From positions 1-64,000 of the IMG/VR virus record IMGVR_UViG_3300027977_000008: 64,000 bases of DNA; one strand, 5' to 3'. This document shows positions 37,561-46,989 of this stretch, piece by piece. How positions within the stretch are numbered: the first letter of the stretch is position 1; each line of letters begins with the position of its first letter. The translations under genes were made by a program, and so were the position numbers. The stretch comes from a virus. The notes beneath the pieces were generated by a model. It searched no databases. It saw nothing but the letters and a program-made list of their open reading frames with translations, and had not been told where the DNA came from.

Positions 37561-38942
37561 TGCTTAATCCATTTTTTACGCAAGGAACTAAATCAGAACA
37601 AACTCTTGTGCAAGAGTTGATGGATGAGCACATCAAAATTCATGGTATTGAATTTATTTACTTACCAAGAATTTTTGTAAATACCAAATCTATAATGCGT
37701 GAAGTTTCGACTTCAAAGTTTAATAAATCTTTTCCTATTGAAGGATATGTTCAGAGTTATGAAGGATTTGGTGATCCTGGAAGCATTTTAACAAAATTTG
37801 GTGTTAGAACAACTGCAGAAATGCAAATTGTTATTTCACAAAGAAGGTTTGAAGATAGCATTACTCCATTGCTAGAAAATGTAACTAATTTACCAAATAA
37901 TCCATCTAGACCATTAGAAGGAGATTTATTATACTTCCCATTATCAGATACTCTTTTTGAAATCAAATTTGTTGATAATGATCAACCAGCATTTTTTCAA
38001 TTACAAAAAAATTACACATACCTTTTGAAGTGTGAAGCATTTGAATATGAAGATGAAATTATAGATACTCAAATTACTGAAATTGATAATGAATTTGGAT
38101 CGTTTGGATATAATGCAATTCTTACTTTTGTTGGTATTGGATCAACTGCTGCTGCATTTACATCTCTAGTTAATGGTGGCGTTCATACGATTAATATCCT
38201 TAATGAAGGAACGGGATATACTGCAGATCCCACAGTTAGAATTGCTCCTCCAGGTATAGGTAGAACAGCGCAAGCAGTTGCAATTACTACAGAAAATAGT
38301 AGTGGTACAAGATCACTACAAGCGATTTATGTTACAAATACTGGATATGGATATACAACAATACCAAAAGTTCAAATTATTTCTACAGATGGAAATGGAA
38401 CTGGTGCGGTTGCGGTAGTTGGAATTGGAACGACTGGTTCTGTTGGCGTCGTAACAATAACTACTAGTGGTAAAAACTATGTCTTACCACCAACAATTAC
38501 ATTTACTAATGCACCTTCTGGTGGAGTTACCGCTATTGGAACTGCAGTTCTTAATACGCAAAATAATCTATCAGCAATCAGAATTATTAATGCGGGTTAT
38601 GGATATACGCAAGTACCCACAATTACAGTATCTGCTGCAGGAACTATTGGTGTGGGAACATATATGTTTGGAGATATTATAAGGGGAGTTTCTACTGGTA
38701 CAACTGCAATTACAGCATCTTGGGATAAACCAACTCTAACAATGAGAGCACGTAGTTTGACTGGTAAATTTGCTCCAGGTGAAATGATCATTGGTGCAGG
38801 AACTACATTTGGTAGTGTTGCGTACATCCTAAATACAATCAACTATGATGATGACGATCCATTTGAGCAAAATCAAGAAATTCAATCCGCAGCAAGTACA
38901 ATTCTTGATTTCTCTGAAAACAATCCATTTGGTGAGATATAA
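37560..38942 (+). CDS. gp14: Neck protein gp14
   Basis: YLPR, RPLEGDLLYFP and DFSENNPFG motifs. Confidence 0.92.
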   Translation: MLNPFFTQGTKSEQTLVQELMDEHIKIHGIEFIYLPRIFVNTKSIMREVSTSKFNKSFPIEGYVQSYEGFGDPGSILTKFGVRTTAEMQIVISQRRFEDSITPLLENVTNLPNNPSRPLEGDLLYFPLSDTLFEIKFVDNDQPAFFQLQKNYTYLLKCEAFEYEDEIIDTQITEIDNEFGSFGYNAILTFVGIGSTAAAFTSLVNGGVHTINILNEGTGYTADPTVRIAPPGIGRTAQAVAITTENSSGTRSLQAIYVTNTGYGYTTIPKVQIISTDGNGTGAVAVVGIGTTGSVGVVTITTSGKNYVLPPTITFTNAPSGGVTAIGTAVLNTQNNLSAIRIINAGYGYTQVPTITVSAAGTIGVGTYMFGDIIRGVSTGTTAITASWDKPTLTMRARSLTGKFAPGEMIIGAGTTFGSVAYILNTINYDDDDPFEQNQEIQSAASTILDFSENNPFGEI

Positions 38943-38945
38943 TAA

Positions 38946-39986
38946 ATGTTAGGAGCATATTTCTATCACGAAATTATTAAAAAGACAGTTATTGCTTTTG
39001 GAACACTGTTCAATAATATTGAAATTAAACACAAAGCAGATGACACAGATCAAACGCTGAGTATTATCAAAGTTCCAATTGCTTATGGACCAATTCAAAA
39101 ATTCTTAGCAAGAGTTGAACAGCAACCAAACTTTGATAGAACTGTTGCTATTACATTACCAAGATTAGCATTTGAAATTATATCATATCGTTATGATCCT
39201 TCTAGAAAGGCATCTCCAATAACAAAATTTTGTGGAGTAGAGAATAATAAAATTAAAAAAGTATTCATGCCTGTTCCATATGATATTGGATTTAGGTTGA
39301 GTTTTGCATCTAAACTGCAAGATGATGCTCTACAAATTTTAGAGCAAATTCTACCATTCTTTCAACCATCATTTTCAGTTTCAGTAAAACTAATTGATGA
39401 AATTAACGAAGTAAGAGATATTCCATTTACATTAAATAATATTTCATTTAAAGATGAATATGAAGGATCTTTTGATAAAAGAAGATTTATTCAGTATGAT
39501 TTAGATTTTACTGCAAAGACATATTTCTATAGCGAATTACCAACTGACGAAAGTGGTGGTATCATCAAACGAGTTCAGATTGATTATGCTTCTGCAATTA
39601 GAGCACCAAGAGAAATTAGATATGTTGCAACTCCTGCTGCAACAAAAGATTATACTAATGATCAAACAACTGCATTGACAGCAACACTAGAAACTTCTAA
39701 GACATTAATGAAGGTTACAAGTTCTGCTTCATTAGAAGTTAGAAAATATATTCAAGTCAATGAAGAGGTAATGCGAATTGAAGAGATTGATGGAACAAAC
39801 ATTATTGTATCCAGAGGACAATATGGTTCATCAATTCAAGAACATTACATTGGTGATAAAGTTGATCGCATTACAATTAATGATGACGCTTTGATTGATA
39901 TTGATGATGACTTTGGTTTTAATGAAACTAGAACATTCTTCCAAGATTTTAAGTCATTTAGTTCAAGTCAAGGAAATGATGTATAA
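38946..39986 (+). CDS. gp15: Tail sheath stabiliser gp15
   Basis: FGTLFNNI, VPIAYGP, LPRLAFE and EQILPFFQP motifs. Confidence 0.93.
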   Translation: MLGAYFYHEIIKKTVIAFGTLFNNIEIKHKADDTDQTLSIIKVPIAYGPIQKFLARVEQQPNFDRTVAITLPRLAFEIISYRYDPSRKASPITKFCGVENNKIKKVFMPVPYDIGFRLSFASKLQDDALQILEQILPFFQPSFSVSVKLIDEINEVRDIPFTLNNISFKDEYEGSFDKRRFIQYDLDFTAKTYFYSELPTDESGGIIKRVQIDYASAIRAPREIRYVATPAATKDYTNDQTTALTATLETSKTLMKVTSSASLEVRKYIQVNEEVMRIEEIDGTNIIVSRGQYGSSIQEHYIGDKVDRITINDDALIDIDDDFGFNETRTFFQDFKSFSSSQGNDV

Positions 39987-39989
39987 TTT

Positions 39990-40397
39990 ATGGAAAAATC
40001 TTTCGATGCTATTGATAAGGCGCTTGACATAAAAGCGGAGATAGTGGAGACTGTTAAAGAAAAACCACCAGTAGAAACTCCTGATGATCCACAAAAAGAT
40101 TATGAATATAGTAGAAAACAATTATATACTCTTATTGAAAAAGGTCAAGAAGCAGTTAATGGAATACTTGAATTAGCTCAAGATAGTCAACACCCAAGGG
40201 CATTTGAAGTTGCAGGACAATTGATCAAGTCTGTTGGTGACGTAACGGACAAGTTGCTTGAACTTCAAAAGAAAATGAAAGATATTGAAAAACCACAAAG
40301 TAATGGTCCAAAAACAGTTAATAATGCACTCTTTATTGGATCAACTGCAGATCTTCAAAAGATGTTAAAGCAAGGGTTTCTAAATAATGATAAGTAA
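39990..40397 (+). CDS. gp16: Terminase small subunit
   Basis: DYEYSR, HPRAFEVAGQLIK and FIGSTADLQK motifs. Confidence 0.92.
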   Translation: MEKSFDAIDKALDIKAEIVETVKEKPPVETPDDPQKDYEYSRKQLYTLIEKGQEAVNGILELAQDSQHPRAFEVAGQLIKSVGDVTDKLLELQKKMKDIEKPQSNGPKTVNNALFIGSTADLQKMLKQGFLNNDK

Positions 40398-40412
40398 TAC
40401 TTAGTTTTTATT

Positions 40413-41927
40413 GTGAAGGATCACGAAGTTTCAATGGCGAGTAGTCAACTTGACAATGCTATTGCCAATGCTAAAAAACTAAAATCAAAACTTGGCAAGA
40501 AAGAAAAAGATATTCCTGCTTGGATTCAAGCAAAGATTACTGACACTGATCATAATATGGATGCTGCTGCAGCATACTCAGTTAAAGAAGATTTGAGAAA
40601 GTGGTTTGGAACGGGTGGTGAGGGTGGAGTAGGTGGTGGTGGATGGGATAAATATAATACAAAAGGTGAAAGAATTGGTAAATGTGCTCGTGAACCTGGT
40701 GAACCAAAACCAAAATGTTTGTCTAAAGAAAAAGCATCTCAAATGGGTAAAAATGAGATTGCTACAGCAGTCAAAAGAAAACGTAAAGAAGATCCAGTAG
40801 CAGACCGTTCAGGAAAAGGAGGAAAACCAATCATGTCATCTAACAAAATTGATGAGCAATCGGAGCAAGAATATCAAAAATTTGATCGTAGAGTAAATAC
40901 TGCAATGTCAGCAAAAACTCCAGATTTAAAAATCAAATTATTAAAACTTGCTGGACAATCACATCCGGTCAAAACTGCAGAAGAGTTTATGGAAGCTTGT
41001 TGGAAAGGATATAAACAAGTTGGATTAAAGAAGAAAGGAACAAGAACAGTTCCTAACTGTGTCCCTGAAGAAACAGAACTTGATGAAATGATTGCACTTG
41101 CTGCTCCAATTGTAAGGGGAATTTCAGCAATATCAAGAATTGCACAAGGTGTTGCAAAGGCAGGACAAGCAGTAAAATCTGGTATTGGAGTAGTTAAAAC
41201 AGGAGTTCAGGCAGCAGGACAAACAGTAAAATCTGGTGTTGATACAGTTAAAACAGGAGTTCAGGATGTTATTAAAAACGTTCCGGGTGAAACAAATAAA
41301 CAACCGTTTAATACAAAAAAACCAGGAGAACCAGAATGGAAAAAGGGACTAAAGAAATCTGGTGAAACTGCAAAGTCTGCAGTAAAAACTACAGTGAGTG
41401 GTTTTACTTCAATGTATGAACCAAGAGAAGAATATATTATGGAAAAAAATGTTCCGACCAATCCTTCTCTATGGTCTAAAGCAAAATCCCAGGCAAGAGC
41501 AAAATTTGATGTATATCCATCCGCTTATGCTAATGGATGGGCTGCCAAATGGTATAAATCCAAAGGTGGTGGATGGAAGACCTCTACAAAGGAAAGTTAT
41601 GACACACAACAATTACTTTCTTTTAGTGATTTTAGGCAGATCAGTAATGATAGCATCGGCAATGAGGAAGAAAAATTAAACGAAGTTGCTGCTTGGCAAC
41701 GTAAAGAAGGAAAAAATCAAAAAGGTGGTCTCAATGAAAAAGGTCGTAAATCATACGAACGTGAGAATCCTGGTAGTGATTTGAAAGCACCTCAACCAGA
41801 AGGTGGTTCACGTAGAAATTCTTTTTGTGCCAGAATGAAAGGTTTAAAGAAAAAACTTACTAGCAAGAAAACAGCAAACGACCCCAATAGCAGAGTGAAT
41901 AAAAGTTTGAGAGCCTGGAACTGTTAG
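40413..41927 (+). CDS. Modular basic protein between gp16 and gp17 (probable internal head protein)
   Basis: Mosaic of short modules (DLRKWF, ACWKGY, PTNPSLW..YPSAYA, AAWQRKEGK..SFCARM). Confidence 0.65.
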   Translation: MKDHEVSMASSQLDNAIANAKKLKSKLGKKEKDIPAWIQAKITDTDHNMDAAAAYSVKEDLRKWFGTGGEGGVGGGGWDKYNTKGERIGKCAREPGEPKPKCLSKEKASQMGKNEIATAVKRKRKEDPVADRSGKGGKPIMSSNKIDEQSEQEYQKFDRRVNTAMSAKTPDLKIKLLKLAGQSHPVKTAEEFMEACWKGYKQVGLKKKGTRTVPNCVPEETELDEMIALAAPIVRGISAISRIAQGVAKAGQAVKSGIGVVKTGVQAAGQTVKSGVDTVKTGVQDVIKNVPGETNKQPFNTKKPGEPEWKKGLKKSGETAKSAVKTTVSGFTSMYEPREEYIMEKNVPTNPSLWSKAKSQARAKFDVYPSAYANGWAAKWYKSKGGGWKTSTKESYDTQQLLSFSDFRQISNDSIGNEEEKLNEVAAWQRKEGKNQKGGLNEKGRKSYERENPGSDLKAPQPEGGSRRNSFCARMKGLKKKLTSKKTANDPNSRVNKSLRAWNC

Positions 41928-41971
41928 TTTTCATACCTTTTCATTAATAAAACAAAATAAAATGGTATAAA

Positions 41972-42388
41972 GTGTTGGAAAAAATTTGCACTAGATGTAA
42001 GAATTTAAAACCAAGAACATCCGAATACTTCCCACTTCATAATAAATGTAAAGATGGTTTAGATAGTTGGTGTAGAGTTTGTAGAGCTACATATAGAAGT
42101 GAAATAAACTGGGGTAAGTTTAGGGGGCAACTTACAGACGATGAGGTGCGAAAATTAAAACAACAAACCAAATGCAATATATGTGGTAAAGAAGACACTG
42201 GTGGTACTAAAAACAATAAGCATGTTGGTAAAACAAAATCTTTAGTTATGGATCATGACCACAATACAGGAAAATTTAGAGGAATGCTTTGCAATCACTG
42301 TAACAGAGGATTAGGTAATTTTTTCGATGATGTAAATATTTTGGAGAAATCTATTTCTTATTTAAAAATGGAACTACTAATACAATAG
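41972..42388 (+). CDS. Endonuclease VII-family (probable homing) endonuclease
   Basis: CTRC...CRVC Zn-binding N-terminus; CNIC...DHDHNTGKFRGMLCNHCNRGLG. Confidence 0.85.
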   Translation: MLEKICTRCKNLKPRTSEYFPLHNKCKDGLDSWCRVCRATYRSEINWGKFRGQLTDDEVRKLKQQTKCNICGKEDTGGTKNNKHVGKTKSLVMDHDHNTGKFRGMLCNHCNRGLGNFFDDVNILEKSISYLKMELLIQ

Positions 42389-42397
42389 AGATATATT

Positions 42398-44047
42398 ATG
42401 GCAGCTGATATCTATCTTGGTAATCCCAATTTAAAAAAAGCAAATACTGCAATTGAATTTACTGAAGAGCAAATTCTTGAGTTTCTTAGATGTAAACAAG
42501 ATCCAGTATATTTTGCTAGAAATTATATTAAAATTGTTTCTCTTGATCATGGTCTAGTTCCTTTTGAGATGTATCCTTTCCAAGAGAAACTTATTAGGAA
42601 CTTCCATGCTCACCGTTTCAATATTTGTAAGATGCCTCGTCAGACAGGTAAATCTACAACTTGTGTTTCTTATCTTCTACATTATGCTGTCTTCAATGAT
42701 AATGTAAACATTGCAATTCTAGCAAACAAAGCATCTACTGCTGGTGATTTACTAAGTAGACTTCAACTTGCTTATGAAAATCTTCCAAAATGGATGCAAC
42801 AAGGTATTATTGCCTGGAACAAACGATCTATGGAGTTAGAAAATGGTTCAAAAATTATTGCTGCTTCTACTTCTGCCTCTGCTGTTCGTGGGGGATCTTA
42901 CAATATTATATTTTTGGACGAATTTGCGTTCATTCCTAACCATATTGCTGACGAGTTCTTCGCTTCTGTCTATCCTACTATTTCATCTGGTCAATCTACA
43001 AAGGTAATTATTGTTTCTACCCCTCACGGTATGAATCACTTTTATCGGTTGTGGCATGATTCCGAAAGAGAGCGAAATGAATATATTCCAATAGAAGTTC
43101 ATTGGTCAGAAGTTCCAGGTAGAGATACAAAATGGAAAGCATCTACAATTGCAAATACTTCAGAACAACAATTTAGGGTTGAATTTGAATGTGAATTTTT
43201 AGGATCAGTTGATACTTTGATTGCACCATCTAAACTAAAATCAATGGTTTATGATGATCCAGTAAAAACTAACGGAAGTCTGTATGTATATAATGAACCA
43301 GATAAAATTCGAGATTATATTATTACTGTTGACGTTGCTCGTGGAGTATCAAAAGATTATTCAGCATTTATAGTATTTGATATTACTACGTTCCCATATA
43401 AAGTTGTAGCAAAATATAGAAATAATGAAATTAAACCAATGCTATTTCCATCAGTCATTGAAGAAGTAGCAAGAGCATATAATAATGCATACATTTTATG
43501 TGAAGTTAATGATATTGGAGATCAAGTTGCTTCAATTTTAAATTTTGATCTTGAATATGAAAATATATTAATGTGTTCTATGCGTGGACGTGCTGGACAA
43601 ATTGTTGGAACTGGATTTTCCGGAAAGAAAACTCAACTTGGAGTAAAGATGAGTTCGACTACAAAAAAAGTAGGATGTTCAAATCTAAAAACTTTAATTG
43701 AAGATAACAAACTTATTATAACAGATTATGAGACAATCAGTGAGTTAACTACATTCATTCAAAGAAAACAGTCATTTGAGGCTGAAGAAGGATGTAATGA
43801 TGATTTGGCAATGTGTCTTGTAATATTCTCATGGTTAGTTGCTCAAGAGTATTTTAAAGAAATGACGGATCAGGATATTCGTAAAAGAATTTATGAAGAT
43901 CAAAGAAATCAAATTGAACAAGATATGGCACCATTTGGGTTTGTTAGTGATGGGTTAGATATTTTTGATAATGAAATTGATAAAAATGGTGATGTGTGGA
44001 AAGTTGATGAATATGGAGACAAATCTTACATGTGGGAGTATGAGTGA
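42398..44047 (+). CDS. gp17: Terminase large subunit
   Basis: PRQTGKS Walker A, IIFLDEFAF Walker B, VDVARG and NDDLAM motifs. Confidence 0.97.
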   Translation: MAADIYLGNPNLKKANTAIEFTEEQILEFLRCKQDPVYFARNYIKIVSLDHGLVPFEMYPFQEKLIRNFHAHRFNICKMPRQTGKSTTCVSYLLHYAVFNDNVNIAILANKASTAGDLLSRLQLAYENLPKWMQQGIIAWNKRSMELENGSKIIAASTSASAVRGGSYNIIFLDEFAFIPNHIADEFFASVYPTISSGQSTKVIIVSTPHGMNHFYRLWHDSERERNEYIPIEVHWSEVPGRDTKWKASTIANTSEQQFRVEFECEFLGSVDTLIAPSKLKSMVYDDPVKTNGSLYVYNEPDKIRDYIITVDVARGVSKDYSAFIVFDITTFPYKVVAKYRNNEIKPMLFPSVIEEVARAYNNAYILCEVNDIGDQVASILNFDLEYENILMCSMRGRAGQIVGTGFSGKKTQLGVKMSSTTKKVGCSNLKTLIEDNKLIITDYETISELTTFIQRKQSFEAEEGCNDDLAMCLVIFSWLVAQEYFKEMTDQDIRKRIYEDQRNQIEQDMAPFGFVSDGLDIFDNEIDKNGDVWKVDEYGDKSYMWEYE

Positions 44048-44058
44048 TTTTGAGAATT

Positions 44059-44066
44059 TATAAATA
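44059..44066 (+). promoter_or_regulatory. T4-type late promoter
   Basis: TATAAATA upstream of gp18. Confidence 0.8.
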
Positions 44067-44105
44067 ATTTTAGATTAAAATTAGGGTTACTGTAGGGAGT
44101 ATAGA

Positions 44106-46310
44106 ATGGCACTTCAGTTAGCATCTCCAGGTATTCGTGTAAGAGAGGTAGATCTAACCCGTGGCGGCGTAAATGCAACACTAAACGTCTCTGCAGGTAT
44201 TGCTGCACCTTTTAAAAAGGGTCCTGTCAATGAAATAGTAAGAGTTACAAACGAAAAGGAATTAGTAGAAGTTTTTGGTGGTCCTGGTGTTGGTCTAACG
44301 GACTATCATTACGAAAGTTGGTACGCAGCATCAAACTTCTTATCGTATGGTGGTCAGTTAGATGTAGTTAGAGCAGGCGGTGGACAACTAACCAATGCAA
44401 ACGCTGGTGTTGGTATTGCATCAACAACATCTCTAAGTATTAATAATTTTGATGATTACAATAACAACCACACTTCAGATACTTCTTTTTACTGGGCAGC
44501 AAAGAACCCAGGAAACTGGGCAGAAAATCTCAAAGTTTGTGTAATTGATGCGGCGGCAGATCAAAGAATTTCTGGAATTTCAACTACAGTTGTTGTAACT
44601 ACTGGTATTACTACCGCTTTTCATGGAATTCAAGTTGGTTATGCAGTAACTCAAACATTGAGTGGTGTTTCAATTGGTATTGGTACAACTGCAGCGGCAA
44701 GCGGATATCTAAAGGGTGTTGTTACTGCAATCGGAGCAAGTTTTGTTGATGTAAAAGTTGTAACTTATGTATCTGGATTTGGAACTGAAACTGCAGTAGA
44801 TTATCAATCTGGTTCTCTATATCAATTCACTACTGCTAACATTGGTTTCTCATCTTCTACCATAGGTGATGTTGGCATCATGACTGGTGGCAAATCACTA
44901 ACTGATTGGTATGATCAACAGAACGTTTTAACGAGCGTTGCTGATGGTGGTTCTGATGCAGTAACAGTATCTTGGAGATCGGTTCTTGCAAAACCAGGAA
45001 CTAACTCATATGTTGCTCAAAGAAACGGACGCAACGATGCACTAAATGTAGTTGTCATTGATGCTTCTGGTTCTGTAACAGGTGCTGTTGGATCAATTTT
45101 AGAAAAATTTGGTAATCTTTCAAAAGCAAAAGATGCTGAAGTTTCTCCACAGAAGTCAATTTACTATGAAGATTATCTTGCAGTAAATTCTGAGTATATC
45201 TACGCTGGTCTATCTCCAGTGAATGCAACTGATACTTACTGGGGAACAAGATCACGTCCTAGTGGATTTAGTACTGGTGTTATTGCAATAACAGCATCTG
45301 CTGGTTCGTGGGGACAGGAAGCAAAAAACATTACATTCTCCTCACTGGGAAATGCTAATTACAGCCTAACAGGTGGTAAGGATTATCAAGGAGTTGGATA
45401 TTATGATGCTCCACTTGGAGATCTTCTAACTGCATATGATTTGTTATCAGATCCTGTAAATAGTGATATTAGGTTCTTATTACAGGGCGGTGCTTATAAA
45501 TCTAAGGAAGAAGAACAAGCAAAAGCAAATAAACTAATTTCAATATGTGAAGAACGCAAGGATTGTGTCGCATTTATTTCACCAAATAGAGATAGTGTTG
45601 TAAACGTTACAAACACAAGTACACAACTAACGAATGTTCTATCATTCTTTGCTCCACTTTCATCGTCTTCTTACGTCGTATTTGATAATAGCTATCAATA
45701 CGTTTATGATCGTTTCAATAAGAGATTTATATATATTCCTTGTTCAAACGATATAGCAGGTCTATGTGTAAGAACTGATAGAGATCAATTCCCTTGGTTC
45801 TCACCAGCAGGAACAAGCAGAGGTTCTCTAAACTTTGCAGTCAAACTTGCGTTTAACCCAGGACAAGATGCAAGAGATAGATTGTATTCAAACAGGATCA
45901 ATCCAATTATCGCATCACCTGGTTCTGGAATTATTCTCTTCGGAGATAAGACTGGACTAGGATTTGAAAGTGCATTTGATCGCATCAATGTAAGACGCTT
46001 ATTCATCACCATTGAAAAAGCAATTGAAAATGCTGCTAAAGCACAATTATTTGAACTCAATGATGCTGGAACAAGATCTAACTTTGTAAATATCGTTGAA
46101 CCATATCTACGTGATGTTCAAGCGAAACGAGGTGTAACTGAGTTCCTTGTTGTTTGTGACGAAACAAATAACACACCTGACGTAATTGATCGTAATGAGT
46201 TTATCGCTGACATCTACGTGAAGCCAGCAAGATCGATTAATTTTATCGGTCTAACGTTCGTCGCCACGAGAACGGGAGTTTCGTTCTCCGAAATCGTCGG
46301 CACCGTTTGA
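44106..46310 (+). CDS. gp18: Tail sheath protein
   Basis: SPGIRVREVD, PWFSPAG, FDRINVRRLF and KPARSINFI motifs. Confidence 0.96.
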   Translation: MALQLASPGIRVREVDLTRGGVNATLNVSAGIAAPFKKGPVNEIVRVTNEKELVEVFGGPGVGLTDYHYESWYAASNFLSYGGQLDVVRAGGGQLTNANAGVGIASTTSLSINNFDDYNNNHTSDTSFYWAAKNPGNWAENLKVCVIDAAADQRISGISTTVVVTTGITTAFHGIQVGYAVTQTLSGVSIGIGTTAAASGYLKGVVTAIGASFVDVKVVTYVSGFGTETAVDYQSGSLYQFTTANIGFSSSTIGDVGIMTGGKSLTDWYDQQNVLTSVADGGSDAVTVSWRSVLAKPGTNSYVAQRNGRNDALNVVVIDASGSVTGAVGSILEKFGNLSKAKDAEVSPQKSIYYEDYLAVNSEYIYAGLSPVNATDTYWGTRSRPSGFSTGVIAITASAGSWGQEAKNITFSSLGNANYSLTGGKDYQGVGYYDAPLGDLLTAYDLLSDPVNSDIRFLLQGGAYKSKEEEQAKANKLISICEERKDCVAFISPNRDSVVNVTNTSTQLTNVLSFFAPLSSSSYVVFDNSYQYVYDRFNKRFIYIPCSNDIAGLCVRTDRDQFPWFSPAGTSRGSLNFAVKLAFNPGQDARDRLYSNRINPIIASPGSGIILFGDKTGLGFESAFDRINVRRLFITIEKAIENAAKAQLFELNDAGTRSNFVNIVEPYLRDVQAKRGVTEFLVVCDETNNTPDVIDRNEFIADIYVKPARSINFIGLTFVATRTGVSFSEIVGTV

Positions 46311-46328
46311 TACTAGGAGAATAAAACA

Positions 46329-46961
46329 ATGCCATTACAGAACACAAACATCTTTAATACTCCTAATAATGGAAGAACAATTGACAATTTCAAGTCAAGA
46401 CTTGTTCAAGGTGGTGCTAGAGCAAATCTTTTTGAAGTAGAAATGAATTTCCCATCAGGGAATGGAATTTTTGATGAGATTGGTGACACTTCATATAGAA
46501 TGCTCATCAAAGGTGCTCAACTTCCAGCATCAAATATTGCTGAAGTTATTGTTCCTTTTCGTGGTAGACAACTCAAAGTTGCTGGTGATAAAAGAATTGA
46601 TCCATGGACAATTACAGTCATCAACGATGCTGACTTCAAACTAAGAGAAGCATTTGAAAAGTGGTCAAACTACATCACCAAAATTTCTGATGGTTCGGGT
46701 ACAATAAACCCAGCAGATTATTTTGCTGATTGGGTTGTATCTCAACTAGGACGTGCAGAAACCGTTCCTACTCCTGGTTCTCAAAATGCTACACCAATTC
46801 CAGTAAAGCGTGCATACAAGATGCACGGATGCTGGCCAAGTTCAGTTGGTGCTATTGAACTTTCTTACGACACTGCTGACGTTATTGAAGAATTTTCGGT
46901 AACACTGCAAGTTCAATGGTGGGAAGCTTATACGGGTTCAAATACAGATTCCGTAGTCTGA
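46329..46961 (+). CDS. gp19: Tail tube protein
   Basis: GGARANLFEV, PFRGRQLKVAGD and WTITVIND motifs. Confidence 0.95.
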   Translation: MPLQNTNIFNTPNNGRTIDNFKSRLVQGGARANLFEVEMNFPSGNGIFDEIGDTSYRMLIKGAQLPASNIAEVIVPFRGRQLKVAGDKRIDPWTITVINDADFKLREAFEKWSNYITKISDGSGTINPADYFADWVVSQLGRAETVPTPGSQNATPIPVKRAYKMHGCWPSSVGAIELSYDTADVIEEFSVTLQVQWWEAYTGSNTDSVV

Positions 46962-46989
46962 TAAATAGTCAAAACAGTTTATTATATTG

